Origin: Promethearchaeia archaeon | GTDB lineage: Archaea; Asgardarchaeota; Lokiarchaeia; Sigyniarchaeales; SOKP01 | Direction: 5' to 3' | Assembly (NCBI GenBank): GCA_029856045.1 | Contig: JAHQWG010000011.1 | Location: 1 to 50,045, forward strand | DNA: 50,045 nt | In this document: positions 48,791 to 50,045 of the stretch, one piece after another | Position numbering within the stretch: position 1 is the stretch's first letter | How the letters are laid out: each line of letters opens with the position of its first letter | Notes under the pieces: generated by a model | The model's database searches: none | Seen by the model: the letters and a program-made list of their open reading frames with translations, nothing else | What the model was told of the DNA's origin: nothing | Position numbers and translations under genes: made by a program

Positions 48791-50045
48791 ATGGAAAGAG
48801 CTTTTCAATTGAATAAAATGGGAGAAACTTCACATCAAAAAGGTGAATTCAATGAAGCCCTCAAATATTTCCAAGATGCATTGAAAATAGTCGAACAAAT
48901 TGGCGATTTAAAGGGATCATTCGTTTTATTAAACAACATTGGATTAGTATTACGCGATAAAGGAGAACTTACAGAGGCAATCAAAATTTCTCAACGCGCT
49001 CTGGATATTACTGATCAATTAGGTGATTTGAGAGGGAGAGCCGTTCTATTAACAAATATTGAAAGTTTATTAAGATTAACTAATAAACTAGATGAAGCTT
49101 TCGAATATAACCAGAATGCTTTGAAAATTTTTGAGCAATTAAATGACTTAAATGGACAAGCAATCGTATTAGCTAATATTGGAAAAATTTTGAGCAGTAA
49201 AAAAGAATTTAACGAAGCAATTAACTATTTTAATCGTGCTTTAGAATTTAATGAACAATTGGGTGATTTAAAGGAAAAATCTATGATATTAAATGATATT
49301 GGAAAAATTTTACATCAAACAGACAAATTAAGTGAGGCTCTAAATTATTATGAACAAGCCTTGGAAATTAATGGGCAGCTAGGTGATTTGAAAGGAAAAG
49401 CTTTTCAATTAGATAATATCGGAAAAGTTTTGCAAAATAAAGGCGAACTTGATAGATCTTTAGAGTTTTTTGAACGTTCTTTAAAAATTTACGAAGAATT
49501 AGGTAACTTAGAGGCAAAAGGTATTGTTTTAAATGACATTGGACTTACATTATATAAAAAAAATGCATTCGATAAAGCTATTGAATATTATCAGCACGCT
49601 CTGAAAATTGCTGAACAATTAAACGATTTAAAAGCAAAAGCTATTAGACTAAGCAATTATGGAGAAGCATTACGTGATAAAGGAGAGATCAACCAGGCAC
49701 TCAAAACATTTCAAAATGCTTTGGAAATCTCCAAACAAATAGGCGATTTAGAAGGAACATCCATTTTACTAAATAATATTGGAAGAATATTACAAGAAAT
49801 AGGGGAATTCGATCAAGCACTCGAATACTTTCATAATGCTCTAAAAATTGATGAACAGTCTGGTGATTTGAAGAGAATATTACTTCGATTAAATAATATT
49901 GGAAGAATCTTGAGCGATAGAGGCGATCTAAATGGAGCCATGGAATATTATCAACACGCTTTAAAAATCGCTGAACAATCTGGTGATTGGAAAGGAAAGA
50001 TCACTGTATTAAGCAATATTGGAACCATTTTACAAGACAAGGGAG
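48791..50045 (+). CDS. TPR-repeat protein, 40-aa repeats (3'-truncated by window; not in ORF track)
   Basis: At least 10 repeats of the form G.A..LNNIG.IL..KG...EAL.Y...AL.I.EQLGDL, with a visible 120-bp DNA period. Confidence 0.92.
   Translation, partial: MERAFQLNKMGETSHQKGEFNEALKYFQDALKIVEQIGDLKGSFVLLNNIGLVLRDKGELTEAIKISQRALDITDQLGDLRGRAVLLTNIESLLRLTNKLDEAFEYNQNALKIFEQLNDLNGQAIVLANIGKILSSKKEFNEAINYFNRALEFNEQLGDLKEKSMILNDIGKILHQTDKLSEALNYYEQALEINGQLGDLKGKAFQLDNIGKVLQNKGELDRSLEFFERSLKIYEELGNLEAKGIVLNDIGLTLYKKNAFDKAIEYYQHALKIAEQLNDLKAKAIRLSNYGEALRDKGEINQALKTFQNALEISKQIGDLEGTSILLNNIGRILQEIGEFDQALEYFHNALKIDEQSGDLKRILLRLNNIGRILSDRGDLNGAMEYYQHALKIAEQSGDWKGKITVLSNIGTILQDKG

Noticed and set aside
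48791-50045. 120-bp periodic DNA repeats as a possible CRISPR or tandem array
   Set aside because: Fully explained by 40-aa TPR coding repeats; no identical repeats with unique spacers.

Overview
Very AT-rich archaeal-type chromosomal segment, most consistent with an Asgard archaeon (Lokiarchaeia-like). This is inferred from Roadblock/LC7, longin-like, CDC48-N, Zn-ribbon and TPR proteins, TATA-like promoters and oligo-T terminators. About 48 CDS: peptide/amino-acid and organic-acid catabolism (kbl/tdh, M24 peptidase, BKACE, two ADC-like, two GlcD-like plus a GlcF/HdrD-like), transporters, two toxin-antitoxin loci, three TrmO/TsaA-like genes and several lineage-specific membrane proteins. No tRNA, rRNA, CRISPR array, transposase or integrase was seen. 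The best candidates for new biology are: a tandem pair of 7TM proteins with C-terminal longin-like domains; a three-member small-protein family sharing a positionally conserved promoter palindrome; ATA/ATT codons sitting at expected start positions (including a HEPN toxin missing from the ORF track); metal-motif TrmO fusions; an ATPase-less CDC48 N-domain protein; and many intergenic gene relics and direct repeats recording single-gene gain and loss.
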